64,000 nt of DNA. Source: Octopus bimaculoides. Lineage: Eukaryota. Both the position numbers and the translations under genes were made by a program. The stretch lies in assembly GCF_001194135.2 (NCBI RefSeq), contig NC_068987.1:38246131-38310130 (forward strand). Reading direction: 5' to 3'. Positions 12,340-24,154 of the stretch are shown here, one piece after another; the stretch's first letter is position 1; every line of letters starts with the position of its first letter. The notes beneath the pieces were generated by a model, which was not told the DNA's origin, did not search any database, and saw only the letters and a program-made list of their open reading frames with translations.

Positions 12340-13015
12340 TTTTAAACAATCAAAAAATATCAACTAGATTATGGCTGGGATATCACAATTTCCTCAGAGG
12401 AGCTGCACTCACCTTCCACTACAGCCTCAAAACAACTCTTAAACCTGGCAAATGCACACTTCACAGTGTCCCTAGAAAAATCTTCAAGCACCTCCTTGAT
12501 CTTCACTACCAGCTCAGCCTTGATATTGCAGACAGAGTGGCTGTGTCCTTCTTAAATGTGTTCCACACAAAGTAATCTATGAGATTACAACTGGGGGAAT
12601 TAGGAGGCCAGAAATTGGAGCTGATGAAGTTGTAGAAATTCTGTGATAATCACTCTTGGCTCTCTCTGGAGGTATGGCTAGAAGCCAAATCCTGTTGCCA
12701 CACATTTGGCCTTCCAGCAGCAATCCTCTTCAGCCAGGGTTTGACCATTGTTTCCAGCAGCTTCACATGGCCATCTGAATTGAGCCTAAAGCCCTGTTCA
12801 TCAGCTGTTGGATGAATTCTGGCATGTGGACACAGTCAGAATGCATGCTGTGTTCTTGCCTGCTTGTCATGGCTTCATGGTCTCAGTTGCAGCTGTCCTT
12901 ATCATGTCTTACAGCCTTTACATTGCTTACAGTGCATTGAGCAGCAGTCATGTCTGCTTTTTCATACTCAGCACAAATGACTCTGTTAATATTTGGAAAC
13001 CTGATTCTGATTACT
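12340..13015 (-). mobile_element. DD37D (maT) Tc1/mariner remnant
   Basis: VKLLETMVKPWL..WQQD-LASSHTSRESQE*LSQNFYNFISSNFWPPNSPSCNLI-DYFVW: 37 residues between the last two catalytic Asp. Confidence 0.85.
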
Positions 13016-13016
13016 C

Positions 13017-14110
13017 AAGTCTTCATAGAATTTGTCCTTAGTCTCATTTGGATTCGTCATGGTGGGGGCATAGGTGCTGACAATGGTGGTGTACTTCTGT
13101 CTGCAACAAAGGGGGAGTATCATTGTCATTAGGCGATCATTTATACCTTTTGGGTGACCGTCCAACTTGCCAGCGAATGTCGACTCAACTGCAAAGCCAA
13201 CTCCAGCCTCTCTTCTCTCTTCAGGTCCACATCTACTCCAAAAGAAAGTGTACCCTGCACCTCTTTCTTGTAGTTCACTTTCGCCCGGCTGCCTGGTTTC
13301 GCTGAGAGCAGCAATGTCNNNNNNNNNNNNNNNNNNNNNNNNNNNNNNNNNNNNNNNNNNNNNNNNNNNNNNNNNNNNNNNNNNNNNNNNNNNNNNNNNN
13401 NNNNNNNNNNNNNNNNNNNNNNNNNNNNNNNNNNNNNNNNNNNNNNNNNNNNNNNNNNNNNNNNNNNNNNNNNNNNNNNNNNNNNNNCGATGTTATATCT
13501 GGCGAGTTCATTTGCTATGAGTGCTGTGCATCTCTGAGGTCTCTCCAACTCGTCTCTGTCAAGGAGCATACGAACGTTCCAAGCAGCGAGGATGAGTGGT
13601 GTAATCCTCGTTTTTTTTTTCTTTGTTCTTTGTTTCGACCGCAGTGTGTAGGGTCCCCTCTAGTTGTGGTAGGTTGGCTAGGGTAGGTGGAGCAGGCAAT
13701 GTTTGGGACACCTTTTCTAGTCTGCTCCTCATGCCATGGAGGTGAGCAGTGCGTTCCTAAATAGGACTGCTCAGTCACCCAGAGAGCTGCCGAAATCCAC
13801 TGCTGCTCCAAGTCAGTGAATAGTGACCCTGTGGCCTGAGCCGCCTGTGTGCAGGTTTGTGGCTATGACTTCCAGTGTACCCACACCTGACGCTTTGTCG
13901 CATGCCTGTTGCCACAGGACTTTGGGATGAAGGGGTGGAAAGAAGGATGAAAGATGATTTGCGTGAGGAACCTTTGTTTAAAGTGAAGAAGGGTTGCGCA
14001 TTACCGACCTCACTCTCTCTTTGGAAACCGTCTTAACCAGTGGCAAGACCAGATCAAGACGACTGGGGAGAGAACCAGTTGCAGTGAATGACCAAGATGT
14101 CCTATAGTGC
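13017..14110 (-). mobile_element. RTE LINE 5' UTR plus start of apurinic endonuclease (inverted segment)
   Basis: LAAWNVRMLLDR..RCTALIANELARYNI..(N gap)..TIVSTYAPTMTNPNETKDKFYEDL on the minus strand, preceded by a GC-richer 5' UTR. Confidence 0.85.
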
Positions 14111-14119
14111 CTCATCTTT

Positions 14120-14860
14120 CCCTATGCACTCCAGACTCACCAAGGCAAGCGCTGCCTTTGGCAGGCTACGCAAGACTGTCTGGAACAGGAGGGGGATCAC
14201 CATCATGACAAAGATCAAGGTGTACAGGGCTGTTGTTCTCACAATGCTGCTTAACGGCTGCAATGACTGTACAGTCTACCAGTGTCATGCCAGGAAGCTG
14301 AACCACTTTCATACCATACGCCTCAGAAAACGTCTCGGTATAAAGGACAGGACAGGATCCCGGACACCGAGGTACTAATACGTGCTAACCTGCCCAGCAT
14401 CCATACCCTCTTGATGCAGTCCCAGATTCGCTGGGCTGGGCACGTAGCTCACATGTCAGACAATCGATTACCAAAAAGATTGATCTTTGGCGAGCTGCAA
14501 AAGGGAAAGCGCTCACAAGGTGGCCAGAAGAAGCACTTTAAGGACACACTGAAAGCCTTCAACATCAACCATGCAACTTGGGAGCAGTTTGCTCTAGACA
14601 GAGAAAGGTGGCAATCAGCTGTCCACAAGGGTGCCAACACATGCAAGACCAATAGGATCGCTGGTGCCGAATACTGCAGACAAGCCACGAAGAACAGAGC
14701 TAACAACCCTGTAGCAGGTGCTACCATTCCCTGTCCACACTGTCAAAGACTCTTTTGGGCGCAGATTGGCCTCACTAGCCATCTGTGGACTCACAAAAAA
14801 AGCTCACCCCCACCCCAGGATGACTAGATGGTCTTCTTCGCATCGACGGACAAACTACTA
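14120..14860 (+). mobile_element. RTE LINE 3' part (post-RT domain, C2H2 finger, 3' tail)
   Basis: SRLTKASAAFGRL..TKIKVYRAVVL..IRWAGHVAHMSDNRLPKRLIFGEL..CPHCQRLF..GLTSHLWTH, then CGACGGACAAACTACTA. Confidence 0.92.
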
Positions 14861-15739
14861 GCTCTCTCCAGTTCTATATTACAAAATAATCCTCTCAACA
14901 TGTAGTTTTATAACAGTAAATTTGTCATAAACTATCACTACTGATACTTTGAAGACCTAATGAAACAGTGGAAGACTAATTGTTGTGCAATAGCTACTTT
15001 TACCTTCCATCTTCAAATCCTTATCTAATCGATAAAAATGTTTCAGTAATGTATTACAAGCAATAATATATTGCAACAGATTAATTCACTATTTCTTCCA
15101 CCCCTCTTAACACAGTGTGTATGGGTCTTGTACTTTTGCAAAAGAATTGATCATTTTGAACAACTGTAGTCCTGGAGTAAAAGCCTATTTGTACATTGAA
15201 CCAGTAATATATTGTAGTCAACTGAATTGATGATATCTTTCCGATGTGTCTCATTAAAAGCAATCATTATTTACTTATGAAATTTCTGTCTAATCAAATT
15301 ACTAAGTATCTTATTGAGAAAGTAATAAAACTAATTAGTAATTCTGCTTGTTTTAAGGGTAATTTTGGTTTCTTGTTTTCTGTAAGATTTGATTAAGTTT
15401 AAATATTTATGGATTCTTCTTCATTATTATTATCATCATCATCTTCATCATAAATCTATTCTTCCATGCTGACATGCATCGGACATATAAAAGATTGATA
15501 GGCTGTTTCAAAGAAATACTTTCTGTAACCGATGTATTCATTTTTCTTTATTCTAAAATATATTTTCAAGAAAACCAAGTTCAGTTTATTTTCATATTAC
15601 AAAGAATATCTTATTTAATATAAAAATCTCTGATTTCATAAGCTATCTTCATTTTAAATCAAAGAACTGACATAAAAGACAAGAGAAGGAAATGGGCTAA
15701 AATTCTTTCATAAAGAAAACTATAATAATTTATCATTTC

Positions 15740-16070
15740 CATAAATGTTTGGCCCAGGTTGTAAAAGTTACAGAAGGAGTTATTGCAAAACTGGTTGTAA
15801 ACAGGATAAGTCTGGATGAGATACAATTCAGCTTTGCACCAGGGAGAGGTACCTCTGATATCAAATTCCTAGTGAGACAACTACAAGGGAAGAACAGGAG
15901 TGAGTCCCTGTACTTAGTATTCACTGTTCTGGAGAAGGCTGTTGACAGAGTCTTTTGCATTGTGATTTGGTAGTTACTATGAAAACTAGTAGATGATTGA
16001 CTAGTGGGGATCATACAAAGAGGCTATTATAAAGGACAAAATCACCAATGAGTACAGTGAATGGGGTACC
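15740..16070 (+). mobile_element. RTE reverse-transcriptase fragment
   Basis: QVVKVTEGVIA..QFSFAPGRGTSD..LVRQLQ..LYLVF..LEKAVDRV; same family as 43215-44560. Confidence 0.8.
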
Positions 16071-16128
16071 TTGGCCAGACCAAAACCTTGTGAGTGGATT
16101 TGGTAGACAAATATTGAAAGATGCCTGT

Positions 16129-16161
<33 letters not shown>

Positions 16162-16397
16162 NNNNNNNNNNTGTGTGTGTGTGTGTGTGTGCATGTGTGT
16201 GTGTATTTGTCTCTCCCCACTACTTGACAACTGGTGTTCATGTGTTTATGTCCCCATAACTTAGTGATTCAGCATAAGAGACTGAAAGACTAAATACAAG
16301 GCTTAACAAAAAGCACTGTGGTTGATTTGTTTGACTAAAATTCTTCAAGGTGGTGCCCCAGCATAGCTGCAGTCTAATGATTGAAACAAGTAAAAGA
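16071..16397 (+). mobile_element. 5'-truncated SINE (second family)
   Basis: CCTTGTGAGTGGATTTGGTAGAC...GATTGAAACAAGTAAAAGAT with an internal microsatellite. Confidence 0.85.
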
Positions 16398-16425
16398 TAT
16401 ATGTGTGTGTGTGTGTGTATATATA

Positions 16426-16476
<51 letters not shown>

Positions 16477-16567
16477 ATATATGTGTGTGTGTATATATAT
16501 ATGCATATGTGTGTGTGTGTGTGTGTGTATGCATATATATATGTGTGTGAGTATATATATATATATA
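16398..16567. repeat. Compound (TG)n/(TA)n microsatellite
   Basis: Alternating TG and TA tracts. Confidence 0.95.
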
Positions 16568-16639
16568 GTTGAAATTTATAGAAAAACAAAAGATGAAGAC
16601 AAATGTATGAACAACAAGCAGGTGTATTAGTTTGATGCT

Positions 16640-16905
16640 CAGGAAAGTGATAAGGTTTTCTACATTTTGTTTCCATGACTGGAATTTCTGCTTCAATTCT
16701 TTTATAGATTCTGCTATAAGAACTAAGTTAAAAGCATACAAAAATTCACAATGACAGCTGATTTTAAAATCTTCTATTATGGCTTGGGGACTATAATAAA
16801 CAAGGTAGGCTGATAACTGAGTCATAATGTACCCCATTCACTGTACTCATTGCTGATTTTATCCTTTATGATAGCCTCTTGTAGTTGTCTCACCTCTCCC
16901 TGGTG
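16640..16905 (-). mobile_element. Inverted continuation of the RTE RT fragment
   Basis: QAIIEDFK..EFLYAFNLVLIAESIKELKQKFQSWKQ (decayed LYADD region). It overlaps an inverted copy of ~16019-16070. Confidence 0.75.
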
Positions 16906-17092
16906 CAAAGCCTTGTGAGTGGATTTGATAGACAGAAATTGAAAGATGCCTGTTGCATATATATATATATACATGTATATGTGTGTGTATTTGTCTCTCC
17001 CCACTACTTGACAACTTGTGTTCATGTGTTTATGTCCTGATAACTTAGTGGTTCAGCATAAGAGACTGAAAGGATAAATACAAGGCTTAACA
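16905..17092 (+). repeat. Local direct duplicate of the SINE segment 16085-16310
   Basis: Shares unusual variants GATGCCTGTTG, TCTCTCCCCACTACTTGACAAC, CAGCATAAGAGACTGAAAG and AAATACAAGGCTTAACAA with the nearby copy. Confidence 0.8.
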
Positions 17093-17205
17093 ATTTTTGT
17101 GATTAATAATATATTCTCGTATATTCTATCTTCTGTCTTTCATTTGTTATTTACCTAACGATCACTCTGAAAGTGGCCGTGCTTTACCAGTAAGCTATCA
17201 GGTGT
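17086..17205. mobile_element. Fragment of the hammerhead-arm tail (+) joined to a tRNA-like head (-)
   Basis: AACAATTTTTGTGATTAATAATATATTCTCGTATATTCTATCTTC resembles 4011-4055. It is followed by GAAAGTGGCCGTGCTTTACCAGTAAGCTATCAGGT, homologous to 4082-4116 (A box TAGCTTACTGG on minus). Confidence 0.55.
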
Positions 17206-17225
17206 AAATCATTCATTTTATTATC

Positions 17226-17268
<43 letters not shown>

Positions 17269-17689
17269 CTGTGTGTGTATATTCATCAATCATATAAAAA
17301 TAGTTAGATTCTAAAATTAATATACGCATTTGAAATGGCATTAGATTAGAATAATGATGGAGGCTTTGGAAACCTGGTTGGTTTCCTGAAATTCTGGTGG
17401 ACACATGAGCTAGATTGAGTACATTCTCACCAAAAAGTAGGAAAGATCAATGGTTGTAAATGCAAAGTTCTTCCCTAGTAAATAATGTACACCCCTGTAT
17501 AGATTGGTAGTTTATGATTTCAGGTTTAGTGCTGGAAGGACTCAGAAATACAAACCAGTCTGGAAAATGAATAGTCAGATTTAAAGTTCTAATTAAAACA
17601 TTTGATAAAGAGGACAAGGAGATACAGATGTATAATTAGAGGACAGCTGGAGGGTCTTATGGAATAATTTACAGACTAGAACTGTAGCT

Positions 17690-17950
17690 GATGCAAAATG
17701 CCAGCCAGAGCAAGGGTAATGTGGTGGTGGAACAGTGGGGTAGACAGGGCCATAAAAGCAAAGATACAGACTTGGAAGCATTGGAAAACTGGGGGTAATA
17801 GAAAATTATACTAGGTTACTAGAAGAGAACCTAGGCAACATGTCTCTTTAGCAAGGGAAGAAGCAGAAAGTAAAAGATTTACAAAGGTTCTATAGTCTGA
17901 GAACTAGAGGCAATGAGGTGTTCTAGTTTGCATGACTGCATCAAATAAAA
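17690..17950 (+). mobile_element. RTE fragment (EN-RT linker)
   Basis: GGTAATGTGGTGGTGGAACAG..GTAGACAGGGCCATAAAAGCAAA, homologous to 43270-43330 and to 63050-63090 (minus). Confidence 0.6.
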
Positions 17951-18059
17951 TCAAGGTGTTGTAGGAAAGAAGTAGTGTTGGATGTACCACTTGGGATATA
18001 CAATACATAAATCCTCAAATCAAATCTATTTCAGCTGATTTCTTATTTAGCTGTAAAGA

Positions 18060-18631
18060 ATTTCACTCCCCAACTATATCGGTTTGAATTCAGTCCTACT
18101 GCATAACACTTTAAGTATGTGTCTTCTATAGACTTGTCAGTAGATTTGGTAGACAGAAACTGAAAGAAGCCCAATGTTTATTTCAAATTTTGGCACAAGG
18201 CCAATAATTTCAGGGGAGAAAGTTGATTGCAATGACCCTTGTGGTCAGCTGGTACTTATTTTATCAAACCCAAAAGAGACAAAAGGCAAAGTTGACCTCG
18301 ACAGAATTTGAACTCAGAACATAAAGACAGATGAAATACTGCTAAACATTTCACCTGGCATGCTAACAATTCTGCCAGCTCGCTGCCTTCAAAGAAGCCT
18401 ATTATTAAGAAATAAACATAATTGCTTGGTTGAATAAATAAACAATTCCATATATATATATATATATAAGGCACAGGAGTGGCTGTGTGGTAAGAAGCTT
18501 GCTTCTCAACTACATTTTCCTGGGTCCAGTCCCATTGTGTGGTGCCTTGGGCAAGTGTCTTCTACTATAGCCTTGGGCTTCTACTAAGCCTTGTGAGTGG
18601 ATTTAATTGATGGAAACTGAAAGAAGTCCAC

Positions 18632-18662
<31 letters not shown>

Positions 18663-18825
18663 TTCTGTGTATGTCCCTGAAACGTAGCAGTTTGGCAAAA
18701 GTAACCAATAGAATAAGTACTAGGCTTACAAAGAATAAGTCCTGGGGTTGATTTGTTTGACTAAAAGTGGTGTTCCAGCATGGCCACAGTCAAAATGACT
18801 GAAACAAGTAAAAGAGTAAAGAGTA
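18060..18825. mobile_element. SINE cluster (family-2 fragment +, Nin-type copy - at ~18180-18390, full family-2 copy + at ~18470-18825)
   Basis: Same diagnostic head, central and tail motifs as the other copies. Confidence 0.85.
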
Positions 18826-19379
18826 TATATATATTACAGAGATGTACTTGCAAAGCAAGTGGCCTGATCTGAGATTGTGTGATGGAACGAAAACAATTGC
18901 AGTGTGGAAGGTGTTTATAAGCCATTTAAAAACACACAAAAACCATTAGATTCACTTCATTTTGCCAAAATATTTTCGCAACCTGTTCACTGACAAAATT
19001 CCATGCTGCATATATATATGTAATATATACGGGATGGAGTGCTTCTTTGTGTCTTCTTGTCATGACATTGCATGATAGCTGTAAACAAGCATCACTATAA
19101 TACAAACAGTATCCTTTATTTCCAGTTTCTTTTCTGTGAAAATATGTCCAGGAATGAGGAAGTATTATCTTTCTCGATAATAAGTGAGATTTACTGACAA
19201 GAATGTTGTCTGACTGCAGAATATCTGCTTTAATAAATTTCATCTGACCCATGCAAGCATGGAATATTGGACATTAAAATGATAGTGATGATTATCATTG
19301 GCTAGAAATGTAGCAACTACATAAGTGGTGAGCTATTAACACTCCTCTGATTTGCATATCCAAAGCTAGTAATTTGAGA

Positions 19380-19655
19380 ACAGAGTAGAATGAATGGCAT
19401 AATTATGAAATAGTGAAACCACAAGTTCCACTGAAATGGACATGTTGCAAAATTTGCATTCAACATACAGACTCATGCAATTGTTGAATGGTACCCAAAA
19501 GATTAGAAGAGACCACTTGGAAGACCTCTAAGACAATGGAAAGATGAAATAGTTAAATAATTTGGGCCTAAATAGAAGGGATGGGTGCAATCAAGGGAAG
19601 AACAGATGTGCATGATGACCAGTTGTGTATCAGGACATCTGATAGTCTGATAAAA
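19380..19655 (+). mobile_element. Decayed RTE 3' end
   Basis: GHVAKF..THAIVEWYPKD*KRPLGRPLRQWKDEIV-like translation. Confidence 0.65.
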
Positions 19656-20289
19656 AAGAAAAGTGAATATAAATTCAAGTTGTTTATACTACAATTTCAG
19701 CAGAACTTCCTAGAGAAGTAATTATTCTAATTATTTCCTTCCTGTATTTTTAAGTTTTGGTTTTTAATTTATACCAGATTGAAAATGACCATTTAGTACT
19801 AATTATCTGAGATAGATAATATTAGTAAAATATAGGTTGCTATCTGTAGTTTCTTATATGCTATGTGTAGTGTCTTAAATGCAACACAAACTTTTTGTGT
19901 TTAGTTTTCTTTGACATATAAGATACTTGAACAAATATTGCTGTAAACCTGAGATTAAAAACGACCTTAATGAAATTTTTAATGTCCAGAGTTAGATTAT
20001 TCTTAAAGAAGCATTAATAAAAGTCTGACTGTGGGTTTTGCTTTTTACTGGAATTACAGATGTAAGAAATTGATATTGATGATTCAGGAGCACAACTAAA
20101 ACTAACAAAATGAAGATTATTATGCTTCTTAACTTGGAGGTTGTGTTAGAACAGTGAATACTGCATTATCTACCTTCAAGGAGTCTCTCATAAGGACTCG
20201 TACACCACAAGTAAATAATGCAGTATCCTGTTTTAGCACAACCTCCACATTAAGCTGGAGATCAAGATTATTTTTTCAATAGTAATATT

Positions 20290-20808
20290 ACTTCTGTTTC
20301 TTCCAATTTTATGTTCTGAGTTCAAACTCCGCTGAGGTCAACTTTGTCTTTCATCCTTCCAGGGTTGATGAAATAAATACCAGTTGAGCACTGGAGTTGA
20401 TGAAATCAACTAACCACCTTATACCTATAGTAGAAAGGATTATTATTATCTCAGGCAGCAAGCTGGCAAAGTTCTTAGCATGTTGGACAAAATGCTTAGT
20501 GGTATTTCACCCGTCACTAAATTCTGAGTTCAAATTCTGCCAAGGTCGATTTTGCCTTTCATCCTTTCGGGGTCAATAAATTAATTTATTGACCCCTTTC
20601 GGGGCCAATAAATTACTAGCATGCTGGACAAAATGTTTACTGGTATTTCACCAGTTGTTACATTCTGAGTTCAAATTCTTCTGAGGTTTGGCTTTGCCTT
20701 TCATCCTTTTGGGGTTGATAAATTAAGTATCAGTGAAACACTGGGGTCAGTGTAATTGACTAGTCCCATCCCCACCAAAATTCAGGCCTTGTGCTTTTAG
20801 TAGAAAGG

Positions 20809-20848
<40 letters not shown>

Positions 20849-21057
20849 GGGCAGTGAGCTGGAAGGGTCATTAGCACACTGAACAATATGCTTAGCAGCA
20901 TTACATCCATCATGTTCTGTGTTCATATTCTGCTGAGGTGAACTTTGCCTTTCATCCTTTCTGGGATGATAAAATAAATACTAGTTGAGTACTGGGGTCA
21001 ATATAATCAAGTAACCCCCTTCCCCAAAATTGTTGGCCTTGTGCCAAAACTTAAAAC

Positions 21058-21088
<31 letters not shown>

Positions 21089-21335
21089 TTTATTATCATC
21101 AGGTGGCAAGCTGATGGAATTGTTAGCACATCAGACAAAGTGCTTAACATCATTTCTTCTCTCTCTCTTTACATTCTGTGTTCAGATGACACTGAGGTCA
21201 TTTTTGCTATTCATCCTTTTGGGGTCATAAAATAAATACTTGTTGAGCTCTGGGGTCGATGTAATTGACTTCCCCTCCTTTCAAAATTGCTGGCCTTGAG
21301 CCTATAGTAGACAGAATTATTATTAATATTATTCA
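20290..21335 (+). mobile_element. Five head-to-tail Nin-type SINEs separated by (ATT)n tails
   Basis: Five same-strand repeats of the CTGAGTTCAAATT / TTTGCCTTTCATCCTT / GGGGTC block. Confidence 0.88.
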
Positions 21336-21394
21336 GTGTCGTATTTGCATTGCAAGTGATTTGACCTGAGACAGTATATTTTCCTTTTTGCCTT

Positions 21395-21560
21395 GTTTCA
21401 TTCATTGGCCTATGACCATACTTGGGCACTGCTCTGAAGAGTTTTAGTTGAACAAATCAACCCCAGTTTTTATTTTCTATGTCTGGTACTTATTCTATTG
21501 ATCTCTTTTGTTCAACCACTAAGTTTGCTAAAGCGGGATGACTCAAACACAAAGACACAC

Positions 21561-21616
<56 letters not shown>

Positions 21617-21750
21617 TTCCTTCTACCAAATTCATTCACAAAGCATTGGTTGACCTGGGGCTATAGAAAACACTTGCTCATGTTGTGAGACTGAACCCAA
21701 AACCACATGGTTGCAATATCAACTTCTTAATCACAAAGCCATACCTATTA
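21395..21750 (-). mobile_element. SINE (second family), decayed
   Basis: Reverse complement of the head, CTTGGGCAAG-like and tail motifs, with an internal (CA)n. Confidence 0.75.
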
Positions 21751-22679
21751 AAACTGAAGTAATTTACCTTATAGAAGAGCCATTCTAGTTACCTAAGAAA
21801 GCATAAAAGTGCTTGAAGGTACTTTTTATTTATTTTATAATATGGATACATTTCAGCCACACATACTTGACCTGGTCACTGAATCAGTTACACTGTATGT
21901 CTTTTGGAACTGTCTCGTGTCCAGGTCATTATGCAATGAAAATTTTAATAACTCAAGAAATATACATAAAGGGATTTTTTTTTATAGATTTTTTTGTGCA
22001 TTTTAGATGACCAAAATGGCAGTTCCACAATGTAATTTTTATTATTATTTTAATTTTTATTAATCATTCTTGTACCGGTAGTTAAATTAAATATGACTAA
22101 AGTTGGACTTTAGTTCATTTTGTACATTCCCCCCACCCCCCAAAAAAGCTATGATAAAATTTTAAAGGTTTTAATATATTTACATATTAAACTAATTAAT
22201 ATAATAGGTATAAGACAGTGGTTCTCATGTCTGCTAAGAATTAGAAAGGACCGAGTTTAGAAACCTGTTAAAAAATATATTTGTTCTTAAAGCAGAATTT
22301 TCTAAAAATAGCCAAGCTACAAAACACAGTGGGGGATATTAAACAGTGACAGACTTGCTGCTGCTGTTGTTGCTGCTGCTGCTAGTTGGAGGTTTATTTC
22401 TATCAGTGGTGATTGTCTGTACATTATCAATTTTCCAGACACTGACATCTGCTACCTACCTATCTGAAGGACAAGTGAAGTCGTCCCCTAATTAATTGTC
22501 TGCATTTCTTAAAGAAATATTTCTTCCATTTTGCATTGTATCTCTCATCATCTTTAATTACATATTTTAATTAAGGATGTTAAGCATTAATTCAAAATTA
22601 AATTTTCATCCTTATTAAGTTAGATAATTTCAGATTTGTAATTTATTTTACTAGAGCCCTATTTAATGTGTCCGTATTT

Positions 22680-23020
22680 ATGTATGTATATGTGTATACA
22701 TACATACATATATGCATACAGACAAACAGATAAACACACTCACACTCACACGTGCACACACACACACATACACACACACACACATACACACACACAAACA
22801 CACACACACAAAACACATGGACATATGTACAATCATACATGCATATATACATGTGTGTGTGTGTGTGTCTTTTTAGATGAGTGTGTATATTTGTGTATAC
22901 ATTTATACACAAATGTATGCACACAAATGTATACACACATGTATATGCAAATGTATACACACATTTATACACAAATGTATACACACATGTATATGCATGT
23001 GTATATATTATAAATGTGTG
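22680..23020. repeat. Compound CA/TA-derived low-complexity array
   Basis: (CA)n and (TG)n tracts plus degenerate 12-bp ACACAAATGTAT units. Confidence 0.9.
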
Positions 23021-23769
23021 TATAAAATGTACAGTCCTGTATATGTGCTGCTGTGAGTTTGGACTGAGATAGTTACTGGGGCTTTATTTCTCTCCCTCGA
23101 CCAAATGTTCTCACTTGTGATAAAACTGCTTCATAAGACACTAGTGAAAATCTAGTCAATAAAGGGAGTCAACACTACCTGTGGCAGCAGCAGCAGCAAC
23201 AGCTGCTGCTGCTGTTGCTGCTGCAATTGTTACTATTGCTGATGCTGATGTTACATCTCCTTTCCAACTCAGTGCTTGCTATATACGTCTTTGGGTTCCT
23301 CTCTGGCATGCAACATTTAGTTTTACATTGAACACAACAAGATGGATGGGAGAAATCAGATTTACTTGACTAGTTAACTTTTCTTGTTGTTGTTGCTGTT
23401 GCTATCAGGAGGCTATGACTCAAATGTGACACTGCATGTATTGCAGTGTCTTTGCTAGCTATATGCAAGCTGCATGTGTGCTTGTGTGTGTGTGTGTGTG
23501 TGCTTAGTTTACAAAGGCCTGTATGTGAATGATGTTATATAATTCAGCTATAGGTTTATCAGATGGTCGCCGAGAAGATTAAGTACCTAAACTGCATGAA
23601 CTGTGGTTGTTATTGTCATTGTGATGGTGGTGGTTGCTGTACGTGCCTGTTAGTTTACATCTTTACTGATCATTGTCGCTGTTGATTACTGCTGTCCAAC
23701 AACTACAAAAATCTCCGCTGTTATGCTTAATGGTCATTTGTCTGACCAAAAGTCCAACAGGATACTTAC

Positions 23770-24008
23770 CAACAACTACCAATATTATTCCATCACCCCT
23801 TGTTGCAGCAGATGGTTTCTTTGTTTTTATGCTAAATATAATTATTATCACTACTTGCTGTTGTGGTCACCACGCTGCCCCACGTCGCTATTTCCTGCCT
23901 GAGAGGTCGGGCTGCACTTTGGTGCAAGGGGGTATGTGAACGTAGAGATAGTTCCATTACTATGACAGCTCCCAATGAGGTTTGTGAGTATGTTATAAGA
24001 AGACCAAG
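23770..24008. promoter_or_regulatory. Candidate first-exon/promoter region with outward-facing splice donors
   Basis: Minus donor TTG|GTAAGTATC at 23770/23769 and plus donor AAG|GTAAGA at 24008/24009. CpG-enriched core at ~23870-23945, in unique sequence with a low-complexity (GCT/GTT) flank. Confidence 0.35.
23962..24008 (+). CDS. Candidate initiating exon MTAPNEVCEYVIRRP(R), phase 2, unassigned
   Basis: ACTATG context (A at -3), in-frame stop 120 nt upstream, strong donor. No downstream coding exon identified with confidence. Confidence 0.3.
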
Positions 24009-24117
24009 GTAAGATTCTTTAAGTTGTCTACCTCTACTTTTCTTTACATCACGCTTGTAATTTTTACCAATTCCCTCCTTTCACTATGCATCAGTTAATC
24101 ATTTCACTGTATGTATG

Positions 24118-24154
<37 letters not shown>

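Noticed and set aside
12208-13488. N runs (also ~16162, 36734, 37376, 60085, 62836)
   Set aside because: These are assembly gaps rather than biology; structures next to them need long-read confirmation.
18470-18560. SINE heads as tRNA genes
   Set aside because: They have A/B-box-like motifs but no complete cloverleaf and continue into SINE bodies.
22300-22480. Minus-strand reading DVSVWKIDNVQTITTDRNKPPTSSSSNNSSSKSVTV* as a terminal exon
   Set aside because: The best acceptor leads to stops in all frames, and the open frame is largely trinucleotide repeat.
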